Positions 46,626-60,312 are shown, counted from the first letter of the stretch. The stretch is 64,000 nucleotides of DNA from Macrostomum lignano (GCA_002269645.1 NIVC01001363.1:124001-188000), one strand, 5' to 3'. The notes: generated from the sequence alone by a model not told the origin. A program made the numbers and translations.

Positions 46626-48810
46626 CCCCCCAAACACTGATGGCACATGCCAGGCGTGCCATGGGTCTCATTTAACCATATACTGAGAATACATGTCTAT
46701 GGCCTAGATGGTTTAGCATAAATATGACTTTTCAACATTCCCATAAGTCACGGATGGCATGCTGTGCCTGCCATGTTATTTTTTCGCAATTTTTCAACTA
46801 TATTTGACTGCAAGTACGGGATAGATAAAAAACTTTTAAAACTTTAAAAAAAGGACAACAACAGAACAAAGAACAGTTAGGTAAACAATATTTAATGCAT
46901 CGATGAGGCATTTAGGAGGAGCGTTTTGAATTTCGTATTCTGAACGTAATTAAGTTTTACACCGTACCACCAGTGCAACTACTGTGCTGCTGCAGTGTGC
47001 CAATTCTGAAAGCACACGACAACACACAGCCCGGGCTCTCCTGGGCTTGTAAGTGCAATAAAAGTGCCATATGAATCGATATGAAAACTGGCTTAAATAC
47101 TAAGTTGCAAAAATTGACACCATTGCTGTAGCAGACTCTGCATCGCTTTGTCGGCCTTGCATTGGCATCTGTCGGCGGCAGCTTCGATGGCACGTGCTGT
47201 GAGACGGCCCTGCGCTTCGATGTATTCAGACGTTTGCCCCGGCCTGTTTGCTCCATGAGAGTGCGGATCGCAGCTATCAAAAATTCAACGAATTTGATAT
47301 CGCTTCCTTCTTGGCAGTTGCAGACCCAGGCACTGCGGACCAACTGCAGCAAAACGTGGAACCCGAGCTTCTGGTGCCATCTGTAGGTTCTTCTCCCCGC
47401 ACTGTAAGGCTGCAGTGCTGCATCAAAGCGATCAACGCCTCCCATGTTCTTATTGTACTGCAGCACCGAATTCGGCTTTAAAACTGACTCCTCCGCTCCG
47501 CCTCGGATCACTCGCCTCACTTCCGTGCTTTCAGCAACACCGTGCGTGTCCAACAAGTGCACAGTTTTGCGACCGCTTGCCTAGCTCATGTCTACCAGCT
47601 TGACTGCGAGAACATCGCCGCGGCGCATCTGGGAGTGACTGACGGGTTGCAGGGGCAGCATTTTCAGCTCATTCGGCACACCTCGATTGGGCCTCACCGT
47701 CCCAGTCAGTAAAGTACTGCGTTCCAGCAGAAACTGCGCCAGACGGAGCGATGTGATGTGAACCAGCTCTAACAGAAGACCTTGTGCCCCAGGTCCAGCA
47801 AATTTTTACTCAATTCAACGACGATCTTCTCGCTCAACGACAAATTCCCGCAGTTTAATCCATCTCAAAACTTGTCGTCATCCTGCTTAGCAGCATGTAC
47901 ATGAAAGTTCCACAGAAAACCTGTCAAAGCTTCTGTCCAGCAGTACACCTTGAGGCCGAATCTGGCACGCTTGTTGGGCATGAACTGCCGGAAAATGAGC
48001 CTGCCCTTGTACATGACCAGTTCTTCATCGACAGACACCTCTTGACTTGGGCTGTAATTTGCTTGGCAAATATCGCGGGCAATGTTAAGAAACGGTCGAA
48101 TCTTTTTCAAGGAGTCCTGGTGGTTGACGGTAGTGCAGTCGTAAAATCGAAGGAATGATAAAATCTGCACAAACCGATCCCTTCCAAGGCAATGTTCTTT
48201 CTGGAAGTATTCGCCGCCGTAGAAGTCTCCCGTGGACCAGTACATGTGCATTTCGGGCTTCTTCACAAGACCCATGTACAGGACGATTGCTAGAGACTTC
48301 TTCACCTCATTGTCGGTACACGCTCTCCAAGTTGATAGCAAATTGGGAAGAGCTCCGTCCTGATCTTCAGCTGTCAAATGTTGAAGCTTCATGTCAGCTC
48401 GGGAGTTGGTCCAGATGCGAATGGCAGACACCATGCAGATTAGCGGTGAGAAAGTGCTGCAGATAGAATTGCACCTGGGCCATTTTACCTTCAGGAGCTT
48501 GTGCTTGAATGTCTGGGTTCAGGGCCAGGCACAGCGAGGAATTCTCGTGGTTAAGCACAGCGAAACGTACAATTCCACAATCCACTGGTTAAGCAGCTGT
48601 GTCAGCGGGAAAATAGTCGCACTGAAGAGGATCTCCAAGGCAACTGCTGCAAAATGCGGAGGATGGCATCGGAAAATGATGCGCTACCTCCACCGGTGCA
48701 TTACTGGCAACATATTCTCTAAGCTTGGAAAATTTTGGAACTGACTATTCAGCACGGTGGCTCCTTTGTTGCGTTGCGTTGCCTTGTTAGATGCTAGAAG
48801 ATGCACGATG
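46626..48810 (-). mobile_element. piggyBac-like (PGBD4-type) transposon remnant
   Basis: TTAA|CCC end at 46622-46628; frameshifted transposase with SVDE..YKGR...PNKRARFGLK, YNKNMGGVD and CRVC; other end not found. Confidence 0.88.
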
Positions 48811-48953
48811 ACTGCTCACAACTGAAAATCACTGCTCACAACTAAGCATTGCTGCTCACACCTGAGAATCACTGCTCACAGCTAAGCATCACTGCTCACA
48901 CCTGAGAATCACTGCTCACAACTGAGCATCACAGCTTACACGTGAGAATCACT
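48811..48953. repeat. 20-bp satellite, second block (~7 copies)
   Basis: Same unit and orientation as 46021-46570. Confidence 0.9.
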
Positions 48954-49217
48954 CCTCCCAGCAGATAATCTAGGAGTACTACATGCAATTAAGCAGCACT
49001 AACGACTAGGCGTTCTGTTGATTATGGAGGTCAACACAGCTACAAGGGTTCATGCTTGAATGCAGTGCAAACAAAGGCTATTAAGGTGATTGTCTTACAC
49101 GCCAACTCATCCTAACTGAGAGCAGCAATCCCAGTGACCCAGCCCAAGTCAAACAGTGTTTCGGAGGCAGTTGCAATTTTTGTTGCTGTGATATTTTTAA
49201 GTAGGTGAGTCTGGCGC

Positions 49218-49798
49218 TCACGTGCCAGCCCGACAGTCCAAACAGAAGGCAGTCGGAGCGGAAAAACGTGCCGATTTCGGCTGCATAAATGCGTCGCCTA
49301 AAGCAGCTGGCTGAGATCAATTAACAGGAATAGTCACAGACTCTCAGCTTCATCAGTTCGCACAGCAACCGACTCAATCATGAAGTGGCAACTCGCTCTC
49401 GGACTTCTGCTCTGCACGGCCCTGGCTGCCGCCGCTCCCAGCGCGGAGCAGGCCGAGGACGCCGATGCGATGAACGCGCTGGAGGCCCTGGCCAACCTGG
49501 AGGAGTCCGACATGTCCGAGGACGGCGCCCTGCAGCCGGCCGAGAAGTGGCGCAGGAGGAGGCGCTTCCGCTGGAGGAAGGCCATCCGCGTGGCCGGCAA
49601 GGTCGCCAAGGCGGTGCTCTGAGCAGCTGAGCTCGGAGAACCCCGGCTTTGACTCTGATCTGACTGCCCAACTGCCCGAATACGCAGCACAAATACACGC
49701 TTAAGCTTAACAAGGAGCTCCTATTTATTCAAAATGAAGGCATGCCGACCTCTGCATGACCGCTCCGGACTCAACATTATTTTGTAGCATTGAGGCTA
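49218..49798 (+). repeat. Right arm of inverted duplication
   Basis: Reverse complement of 44851-45439. Confidence 0.93.
49380..49622 (+). CDS. Secreted prepro-peptide, putative cationic antimicrobial peptide, copy 2
   Basis: Protein identical to copy 1; CATAAAT TATA-like element at 49284-49290. Confidence 0.8.
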   Translation: MKWQLALGLLLCTALAAAAPSAEQAEDADAMNALEALANLEESDMSEDGALQPAEKWRRRRRFRWRKAIRVAGKVAKAVL

Positions 49799-50696
49799 GC
49801 TGGGAATGCAAAAGAGAAGCATCATGTTTAGGCTTGATTAGGTATGAATTTTTTTGGTGATGATTCACAAAGACTAAAAATAAAGTTTTTACTGGTGGTT
49901 TATCAGTGTACTATAAAGTTAGACAATTAAATCACAAAAGTTGTGCTCGCAGCTTACTACTGCACACAGCTCTGTTAGTAGACAGTTGGCAAAAGCTTGT
50001 GCACAACAATGGGAGAGGTGATATTAACAAATGAGTGTCGCACATTTCTAATTATTAATGATATAGGCATACAAAATTGGCATTAAGGAAGCATGACGCA
50101 TAAATTTATTAATAAATTCAAAAACCTAGCATTCAAGTAAATTTCTATCGTTCTTGCGACTGAAGCTTAAAATACACGCAGGAGACAACTGCAACACTTT
50201 ATTAGATAATAACAGACAAATTTTCGGTTACATTGTCCTGGAATAACACTGGCTGGAAACTGGAATAATATAAAAGTACGCACAATCAATCAGCTTAAAC
50301 GTGCATCATTTTAACTAGCAGTAAGTGTTATTAAATGCTTCTATCCGATTTAAAATATGATTGAGCTCTTTCCCGATGAAATCGGTACCTAGGCTAAGAA
50401 GCGTCCCAGTCACTTGAGTTGTCCCAGAGTTTTTGTCTGCGACTTTGAAACGATGCTGGGGCGGCAGAGTCGCACTTTATAACAGCTATATTGAGTCTAT
50501 TTGAGTTAGTGAAAAAGTTAAACGCTAACACTTTTAGACGACTTTTTGGCGACTTTTATTACGATGCTAAAACTCAATAGTCGCTATAGTCACTAGCGAC
50601 TTGTTTGCAATGACTCTTTAGCGATTCTCTATCAAAATTAACTACTACCTAGATACAAAAGTACACGATAAACTTTAATTTAACGGACATTCAGAA

Positions 50697-52422
50697 CTAT
50701 CCGAGAAGTGCCTGAACAGCCCGCACAATGGACCGCTCGCAGCAGGGACAATGCGGCGGCGGGCCAGACTGTCTCCTAATAAAATTCGAGCAGATCTCGC
50801 ACAGGCGGATAGCGTGAGTCTCCACTCGAGCAGCCGCCAATGCGCAGACCGTATCGTACTTGGCGGTACACACGGGCTGATTGATCCGGCAGAACTGGCA
50901 CAGATCTAGCAGGCTGAATGCGGGCTCGCGGAAGCGGAGAAACAGGCAGCTGAACTGCGTTGATGCCCAGCTGATTGCGCGGACCATTCGGCGGAAGGCG
51001 TCGTCCGGGTTGGTCTCGCTTGGCACGATGCCAAACCGGCTAGCGAGAGGGCGCGGGGAGGGGCCAGGGAGTTTCTTAGAAAAAGTCACTCATGTTTGAG
51101 ACAGCAGACTTTGGTATGAACCTAGTCTTTGAGAGAGAGTCATCTGCTGGGGTTCGTCTTTAGGGACGAAGTCATGGATGAGGTCATAGATGAGGTCACG
51201 GATAAGATCATAGATGATGCCACGGATAAGATCATAGATGATGCCACGGATAAGATCATAGATGATACCATGGATAAGATCATAGATGATGCCACGGATA
51301 AGATCATAGATGATGCCATGGATAAGATCATAAGTGAGGTCACGGATAAGATCATAGATGAGGTCACGGATAAGATCATAGATGATACCATGGATAAGAT
51401 CATAGATGATGCCACGGATAAGATCATAGATGATGCCATGGATAAGATCATAGGTGAGGTCACGGATAAGATCATAGATGATGCCACGGATAAGATCATA
51501 GATGATACCATGGATAAGATCATAGATGATGCCACGGATAAGATCATAGATGATGCCATGGATAAGATCATAAGTGAGGTCACGGATAAGATCATAGATG
51601 AGGTCACGGATAAGATCATAGATGATACCATGGATAAGATCATAGATGATGCCACGGATAAGATCATAGATGATGCCATGGATAAGATCATAGGTGAGGT
51701 CACGGATAAGATCATAGATGATGCCACGGATAAGATCATAGATGATGCCACGGATAAGATCATAGATGAGGTCACGGATAAGATCATAGATGATGTCACG
51801 GATAAGATCATAGATGAGGTCACGGATAAGATCATAGATGAGGTCACGGATAAGATCATAGATAATGTCATCACAGCCTAAGAAAGCAGTGTCGCCGCTC
51901 TCACCGGTACAGGAACAGCACATCGTCCACAGTGATGTTCTGCCTGCAGCGATGGTCGGAGTGTCGGCTGAAGTGCTCATTCAATCTGGCAGCGAATCGC
52001 TGGGGCGTGTCGGCTAGCCAGTGCTCGGGGCCGCCAGTCAATCTCATCAGCCGATGCCAGCGCTCTAGCAGGCCAATCAAATCGTGACAGGTCAGGTCGC
52101 CGCCTCTGGCAGATTTGAAAAACTCGAACAGCAGATGAGAGTTGGGATTACTAGCGTTGCCAGGCGGTAACCAGGCTCGCCAGCCGTCTGGCCCGCGGCA
52201 AGTGGGATCGGGGAACAGCTGTCTAGTCGATTGACTGGCGCGCAAGTGGACGTAAAACTCGGCGCTAGTTGCGTCCGGCCGGCCGGACAAAAAGCTGGCC
52301 AGCTCGTCTACTAAGGTGACGCTGTCGGACACGGCGCGGGGTGAGGGCGGAACGGCTAGGGGACTAACAGGATTGCTGACGGATGAAGCTCTGCTGCTAT
52401 CGCGCCCCGCCGCATATTGCAT
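50697..52422 (-). CDS. RING-finger protein (IAP/MDM2-style C-terminal RING); exons about 52422-51905 and 51121-50697
   Basis: CQFC...H..LCEIC...CPCC C-terminus; GTGAGA donor at 51904; the join needs a 1-nt correction at the A5 run 51080-51084. Confidence 0.55.
51171..51872. repeat. 24-bp minisatellite (~29 copies), probably intronic
   Basis: GATCATAGATGATGCCACGGATAA variants. Confidence 0.95.
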
Positions 52423-52547
52423 AGACTAAAATCTATGGCGATGGGGTGGCGATGGGGCGCTGCTTATAATTAATGGCGCCTCCACCGTCAGCAACATGCA
52501 ATGAAACAGTGGCTAAGCATTTTAGGGGCTGCGGTCTGCGGCAGAAG

Positions 52548-52998
52548 CGGGATATCTAGAGGACTGGGAATAGGATACTAGAGGGTTGTGAGTGGGATAT
52601 CTAGATGGCTGAGAGTGGGATATCTAGAGGGTTGTGAGTGGGACATCTAGATGGCTGAGAGGGATATCTAGAGGGTTGGGAGTGGGATATCTAGATGGCT
52701 GAGAGTGGGATATCTAGAGGGTTGTGAGTGGGATATCTAGATGGCTGAGAGTGGGATATCCAGGGGGCTGGGAGTGGGACATCTAAAGGGCTGGGAGTGG
52801 GACATCTAAAGGGCTGGGAGTGGGACATCTAGAAGGCTGGGATTGGGATATCTAGAGGGTTGGGAGTGGGATATCTAGAGGGTTGGGAGTGGGATATCTA
52901 GAGGGTTGGGAGTGGGATATCTAGAGGGTTGGGAGTGGGATATCTAGAGGGTTGGGAGTGGGATATCTAGAGGGTTGGGAGTGGGATATCTAGAGGGC
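52548..52998. repeat. 23-bp minisatellite
   Basis: GAGTGGGATATCTAGAGGGTTGG variants. Confidence 0.92.
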
Positions 52999-53260
52999 CG
53001 GGTTGTGACTTGAGCTTAAGAGGTGAAATAAAACTTGCATGAGCAGTTCGGAATCCCACAGCCACATCAATGGTGCGTACGGATAATGAAGTATGAGTTT
53101 GCAAATTCTCAAATGTAAAACTTTCACGTCAATTTATTGCAGTGACTGCAAGGGCAAAGTACATTTGAAAACTAAGTTACTACACGAATCGATAATAATT
53201 GCCAATGAATAGCAATTATGACATTACAAACGAGTTTAAAAATCCGAAATGCATCAAATA

Positions 53261-53530
53261 TCAATTAGATTGCTTCTGCGGCTGTTGATCAGCCTGGTGG
53301 AAGCCCAACTGTTCGAAGTCTTCCCGAAGCATTAGGCGCTTGTCCATTCTGCATTGAAAGTAGCGCTTAGACAGGTGCTTGCACTGCGCCTGGTCGCTGT
53401 TGTTCGCTTTCAGGCAGCGCATGTACTCCACCATCTCCGCCTTGCACTCGCCGTAGTGGTCGAGGGGGAACGAGCCCTTGTCTGGCGGCTTCACCTGCGA
53501 CGGTTTCGGCAGATTTATAAAGGACGACAT
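53261..53530 (-). CDS. COX19: Cytochrome c oxidase assembly protein COX19
   Basis: PPDKGSFPLDH..EC motif, twin CX9C, CRM..LM..EDF..LGF. Confidence 0.96.
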   Translation of the reverse strand: MSSFINLPKPSQVKPPDKGSFPLDHYGECKAEMVEYMRCLKANNSDQAQCKHLSKRYFQCRMDKRLMLREDFEQLGFHQADQQPQKQSN

Positions 53531-56500
53531 TGTTCCTGCAATGTGCCAATCATACAGGCTGAAATCATTATGTCAACAGATTGCATAATAAATATTAATA
53601 CATTTTTAATGTTCCTAATGATATCATTTGTGAAACTGAATGACAAGGTGCCATTTTTCACATAAATGCGCAACACTTGGTCGAGCCAGCCGATTCAGCC
53701 AGCAAAAATGCCCACCCAAGATTCAAGAAATACAGATGTAGTAATAATTAGATGACGAGGCATTTAGACTTAATAATACTGTTATAGTTACTCCTGCCGT
53801 TTACCCAAATTTAACAAAATTTTCTTAGTTTTTTTCATAGGTAAGTCACATTTTTGGCCAAAAAGTAAGTTGCATGGCCGGTTGCGCATGTATGATTTTT
53901 CATGATGCTAGCTGGCCTCAGTCAGGATATTCGAAATCAAATAAGATTCTTCTCACATGCAAAAGTTGTAGAAGATATATATACAGATTATTCAAATTTG
54001 ACAGAAGTCTTGAAATTTAAATAATTGCAAGAGTTAAATAAAATTATTGATAGCTCAAATTAAATGACAATTGAGAACAAAATTCTGAGTGTCAAATTTA
54101 AAGTTGATGACATATGCAATGATATAAAACTAGACATGGAAAGCATTGGCATAGAAATTGGCCTATTTGACATATATAAAAATATTGAATAATACCTATA
54201 AGGTATCCTCTCCCTTCTTTCTTTCTCATCAACTATTCTATCTTTACTGTTTGTTTAAAATCATTCATGCAAAATGATTTTCCTAATATGGCCTTAGCTA
54301 CTAGTCATTTTGTATATTAACTATTAATTAACTACTAGTAACTAATAGTAAACTACTAACTAATGACTAATACTAATAGCTTTTGTATATTAGCTATAAG
54401 TCAAAATTGTATACATGCATTATTTTTTTACAATTTTAGATTTACAAGTTTTAAAAACATTGTAACTTTGATAATTATACTTTTGGCCTATTTAGCTTAC
54501 ATTTAAATAGAATATAGGTAAAATAATAAATTTGTTAAAATCGAAAAAATTATTAGTGACACAGTGAATACTTTTGCGAATGCAATAATATATTTATATA
54601 TGCTGTTTATATAAGTACTATATTACGTCATATATATACATTATAGGCTTGTATTAAGATGTTATTCTTATTACCACTAGGCCTATTACCAAATATGTTA
54701 TTGTCAAAATGACTAGTATTCTAAAGTATCTGTGTCAATAATGTAAAATTCAAACTCAAGCACTTTTTAAACTTTCTTGGACATTCATTGACCCCTACTA
54801 TATATTTAACCAATCAAAGCAGGAAATTCTTCATTATTTAGCAGTGCTATTTAATGGTAAGAATCTTCTATAATGGTACAATTACAAAAAAGAAATTTGA
54901 TAAAGGGAGCAAAGGAAGAGTGGGTAGATTCTAAGGATGAAGACCTAAAAGAGATATAGGATAGTAAGTCTAGGCTATATGATTATAAAAATTCACTTGG
55001 CCTTAGCAATTCTTCTCTAGACTGTTGCTATAATGTAGAAATGTGCAGGGTGATCTATAATTGTACGAGTAATGATGTTTTTAAATTCGTGCCTAAACGC
55101 TAAGTAAATAATTTGTTATACTGTACGATTTTCTCATTTTACAAATATAATTTTTTTAATCTACGAGTAAAATTAGTATAAATAGAAGCGTTTTTGGCGG
55201 AGGAAGAACCAACCTCGCGCATCGCGGTTCATTAATACAAGTTAATAGCAGTTCCGAGAAAATAGGAATAAGAAGTGTTTTCTGTATTCATTCCTTTAAG
55301 AAGTAAGAGTGAAGTAGACGGAGGTGTGTACCGTATATACTACTAAGAAGGAAAGTGTTGAGTAGTGATAAGTTGCAAAGTAGATCTGAAGTAAGACGTG
55401 TAAGAATAACGGAGGCTGTGACCCTCTGATCTCGGTAACGCCCAAGGACTTGCAAAGTACATGAAATACATATACCAGTAAGCCAGAATACCGCTCAGGC
55501 CATTATTAAGTAGAACGCTACCAGAATAATAGAACGCTACCAGAATAATCAGAAGAGTACACCTCTCAGGGCTAACAGTTTTTCTAAGAATAATACTCAG
55601 ACTAATACTCAGACTAAATACTCAGACTAAATACTCAGACTAAATACTCAGACTAAATACTCAGACCTATTCTAAGAAACATTTTTCAGATTATTCTAAT
55701 ATTGATAAACTCATAATTTATTAATAGAATAATCTTGGTGGCAGCTACCAACCTAACAAGAACACTTAAGAGAATAGTAAATTAGCCCTAGGACAACTCT
55801 GGTTACAGCGAAAGGATTTTGTACCGTACGGGAATACCCCTACTACAGAAAGCAGCCTTATTGTATTTTCTTAGTTGACATTGCAAATTATTTAGGTTGA
55901 CATGACAACTTGACAATGATTTGATCCACTACATTTTGTCCGCTACCTTTTCATCTACTAATTTTTAAGTCATTTTGTCTATAAATTTGGTCATTTTAAA
56001 AGGCTTTAAAAGGCCTTTCTGTGCCAAATGCCAAGGTGTACTTCATACACCAAGCGCGCAAAGAAAAAATTTTGAACAATAAAGGCGTGAAGAAATAGTG
56101 GAATTTTTTACCAGAAAAGTGCACATAATGTCAGGTTTAAATTTAGCAATGTAAACACTAGCGCCAATACTAATTTATTAGAGCTCCCACTAAGCCAAAA
56201 ATTTTTAAGGAAGTTTTGTGTGCACGCGCATTTTATTTTTTGCCCTCCGCGCAGAACTCGTTTTTTGTTTCTTTTGGGATGAATTTCCCCCGGGTGGTGG
56301 TTTCTGGCGTTTTCTATGAATATTGACAGAAATTTGGGTCTCAGTTAAATGTCAATAGACACAACGCAAATGAAATGGTTTATCAATATACTATATAAAA
56401 CTTCGAATTTATTATAGTTTTAAACTAGCTTTAATTAGCTGACTGCAACCTAAATACCTTCAAAGCTATTTTTAAAATTCTTTTGACCGCGGCGGTTTGT

Positions 56501-57558
56501 TTTTCTGCTTGTCGAGATCCGGTACAACTCACGCAATCAAAAATGCTTATCTTAAATAAGCATGAAACTTAAAAATGTATAAATAGGTATAATAGAAGGG
56601 CTTGCACGTTGCCCATTAAATTGCCTCTGCAGAGCACACAGGGGCATAGTCTAGCTAGGGGTGGGTGGGGTCGCCTCAATCGGTTGGCAAAAGCATGTTG
56701 AACACCTTCGGGTCCATGAAAATTGCCTGCAGACAAATTGCCCGAAGAGATTGCCTGCGAGCGAATTGCCCAAGGAGTTTTTTCCTGTCGAGGTTTGCCC
56801 GAAATGCCTTAGTAAGTCTCAATAAAGAGATTTACCCGATCAAAACGTTTTGATAGTAACTGCAGCATATCAAATTGCATATTTTTCTTGTTGGTATTTT
56901 TATATATACACGCAGGGGGTTACATCGTCTGGTGAGCTATTAATCTATTTTTTAGACTTTTTGGGGGGACAATGCAGACAGAATATGCCGCGCGGCAACA
57001 TACGCTGCAGGAAAAAACATGCAAGCCTCGGCTGGAAAAAAATCTCGCGGTGAGCAATAATTTACTCGCAACGCAAATTGCACTCAAGGACCTGTATATA
57101 GCTATATACAGTGGCTAGTGGTCCTTGCGTGCGCGAGTAACGCGATATTTTGTCCTACCGGCCGGTCAGCGGCGCCCGAGCCAGGCCGAGCACTTGATCC
57201 GGACAGAGCCTATAGCACATGTACATGTACATAGCCTGCTGCCCTGAGCCGCTGCAGGATGTCCTGCTACTGACGCTGCAGGCACTGCGTATATATAGTA
57301 GTGTACAGGGAAGGGCGGCTTGTACTGTTACTGTACTTGGTTGACCGACTAAATGAAATGTAAATCAATTTTAATGCATGTTAGATTTGCTCACTTACAT
57401 GTAAGAGTATGTCTCGTAATGCAATTATGCTTAAAATAAAAATTCAACAGCCAAAAATTGTATTTTTTCATTCAAACAATCAATAACTAACAAACGATAG
57501 CAATAGTAATATGAACCAGTACTGTACGTGCATGAGTACATGTGTACTCAGTCAAGGC

Positions 57559-59475
57559 TTAAGCATAATCGTCGCTATACCGCGAAGCGTTGTCATCTTC
57601 GGACAAGTCCGACATGCGGGTCGCATTGCCGCGCAGCTTGCGCAAATCCGTGGCGGTCTCGTTCAGGCAGACCCGCTGGATATTGGTGCCGCACTCTTCG
57701 TACTCGGTCAGTAGGGCGTGCAGCTTCGGCCCGAATCGGCGCTGAGCCTCCTGCAGCCAGCGTCGGTGAAGCAGCGGCAGGTGGCGCGGCTTCTCTTCGA
57801 GTAGCTCTTCAAGCTGGCGCTGGCCTCGAGTCTCTGTGGCCAGCATTGCTCGCTCGTTGTCCATGTGCAACTGCTGGATGTTGGCAAAGTACGGGACAGC
57901 TCGTACAGTTAAGGGAATTTCCGGTTAGGCAGTTAGGGGGTCTTTCCGGTGGGACAGTTGAGGGAGTTTCCCTTGAGACAAATGAGAGACATTTTGGATG
58001 AGACAGTTAAACTGGAAGAGTAGTTTCCAGTGAGATTGTCAGAGGAGTTTCCAGAGACATTTCAGAGAATTTTCGGTGAGACATTTCAGAGAAGTTCCGG
58101 TGAGACATTTCGGAGGATTTTCGGTGAGACATTTCAGAGAATTTCCGGTGAGACAATTTCAGAGAATTTTCGGTGAGACATTTCAGAGAAGTTCCGGTGA
58201 GACATTTCAGAGAATTTGCGGTGAGACATTTCAGAGAAGTTCCGGTGAGACATTTCAGAGAAGTTCCGGTGAGACATTCAAGGACTACTTAAGAACACCG
58301 GAATAAGTGTTCTTAAGTAGTCCTTGGAGACATTTCAGAGAATTTCCGGTGAGACATTTCAGGGAATTTCTCGTGAGACATTTCGGAGGATTTCCAGTGA
58401 GACATTTCAGGGAATTTCCAGTGAGGCAGTTGGGGGAGTTTCGGGTGAGACATTTCAGGGAATTTCCAGTGAGGCAGTTGGGGGATTTTCCGGTAAGACA
58501 TTTCAGGGAATTTCCAGTGAGAAATTTCAGGGGATTTCCGGTGAGACATTTCAGGGAATTTCCGGTGAGAAATTTCAGGGGATTTCCGGTGAGACATTTC
58601 AGGGGATTTCCGGTGAGACATTTCAGGGAATTTCCGGTGAGACATTTCAGGGGATGTCTCGTGAGACATTTCGGGGGATTTCCGGTGAGACATTTCAGGG
58701 AATTTCCGGTGAGACATTTCAGGGGATGTCTCGTGAGACATTTCGGGGGATTTCCGGTGAGACATTTCAGGGAATTTCCGGTGAGACTTTTCAGGGGATT
58801 TTCGGTGAGACATTTCAGGGAATTTCCGGTGAGAAATTTCAGGGGATTTCCGGTGAGACATTTCAGGGAATTTCCGGTGAGACATTTCAGGGGATGTCTC
58901 GTGAGACATTTCGGGGGATTTCCGGTGAGACATTTCAGGGAATTTCCGGTGAGACTTTTCAGGGGATTTCCGGTGAGACATTTCAGGGAATTGCTGGTGA
59001 GGCAGTTGGGGTTTTTGGTGAGCAATTTCAAGGAATTTCCGGTGAGAAGTTTGGGACTTTCAGAGAATTCGACTTCCATGCAGTAATAAAACTTCAAATC
59101 GCCGACATAAAAGCTGACATCTAGCAAGAGCAATATCTCGTGCCTATCAGGCGGGAACTACAATCATGCGATAAGCAACAAGCTGCGGCTCACATCCTGC
59201 TGTGTTCCTACGCCTTGCAGCACGCGGTCGGCCCTCTCAAACAGCCGGTCATAGCTGTCCCATTCGTCGAACATAGTATAGGCGAAATACTCCGGATAAG
59301 ACAGTATGAAAAGCGCCAGAACGAAGAAGGTGCCGTACAACGCAAAGAACAGCAAATAAGGACTGTGCCAGATCTTCAGCGTGACAGTTTCTTCAATGTA
59401 ATTCTGCACAAATTCCGTACTTAATAGTATCTGCTGGGCTACAGATTCCATTTTGCATTCGCGCTTGTAGCACAT
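57559..59475 (-). CDS. Hypothetical single-pass membrane protein, probably two exons around a minisatellite intron
   Basis: ORF 59164-59475 has a hydrophobic stretch and a GTGAGC donor candidate; ORF 57559-57870 is a charged helical segment; the junction is uncertain. Confidence 0.4.
58015..59075. repeat. 24-bp minisatellite
   Basis: GGTGAGACATTTCAGGGAATTTCC variants. Confidence 0.95.
58279..58326. mobile_element. 48-bp hairpin MITE of the CAAGGAC family
   Basis: Perfect 20-bp stem CAAGGACTACTTAAGAACAC with an 8-nt loop; flanked by GAGACATT direct repeats. Confidence 0.8.
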
Positions 59476-60312
59476 GCTTGAGTTGGCAGTACTCCAGCAG
59501 GAACAGGTTGCAGAGATGACAGCTCGATAACAGCCAGCAGACTTAGATTTGCTTTATTTTATACATAAAAGATTGAATTTTGGGTATAGCGAGTTATCAA
59601 TTCGAGTCGGTAAGTTCAATTTCCAGATGCTGTTCGACATCTCTTCTGTTGTCTATGGCTAAAACCACTCGTATTTCGCCGGCTTTTTTCACCGCCAATT
59701 TCTCTGCTCAAGTTGAAAGATAAACAAAACAGTTTCTCTTGAAGTTGAGTAAGGCCACAGATACTAAAATAACTACGGTAGATGGGTTACTCAGGCATAT
59801 GTACATATGTAACAGCTTTCTACTTTCAGTTCAGTAGCAATGAAGAATACATAAGCTATTTTATAAAAAAAGGCAGTTGAAACTACTGTGATAGGTTTAG
59901 AAGCCCAAGCTTGCATGCGTAAACAACTTGCTAATTGGTTCAGCAGTAATGTACATTAGCCAGTCCACTGTACACAGTGTCGAAAGGCTCAGTTGGAGCG
60001 TTTGGGCTGGGGGTTATTTTTTATTAGAGGCAGGGGGGTTGTGTACACCCTGGCGCACTTTAAGCGACATAGGCACACAACCGGCGAGAGGCATTACTGC
60101 CCATTCCGCCGACTCCCCTGAGCAGGCATACAAGCGCGCGGATACGTACGCAGTCATACGCACAGGCACACACTCACTCAGGAGTGTACAGCGGCCCTAA
60201 CTTTATTTATCGTTAGGCATTTACACTTCACTGCGCCTTGGGGGGTTGGCTCTCAAGGCCGTTAATTGCACGAGCAGAGCCAAACCGAGATTCCAATTCC
60301 GCCCCAAATTAA

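Noticed and set aside
57085-57127. CAAGGACC...GGTCCTTG 43-bp segment as another mini-MITE
   Set aside because: Arms are imperfect beyond 8 bp and the flanks (ATTGCACT / CGTGCGCG) are not a TSD.
58285-59133. Long repeat ORFs (also 51129-51881, 61212-62051, 62157-63644)
   Set aside because: Products of stop-free minisatellites open in several frames; the PRPF19 array is demonstrably intronic.
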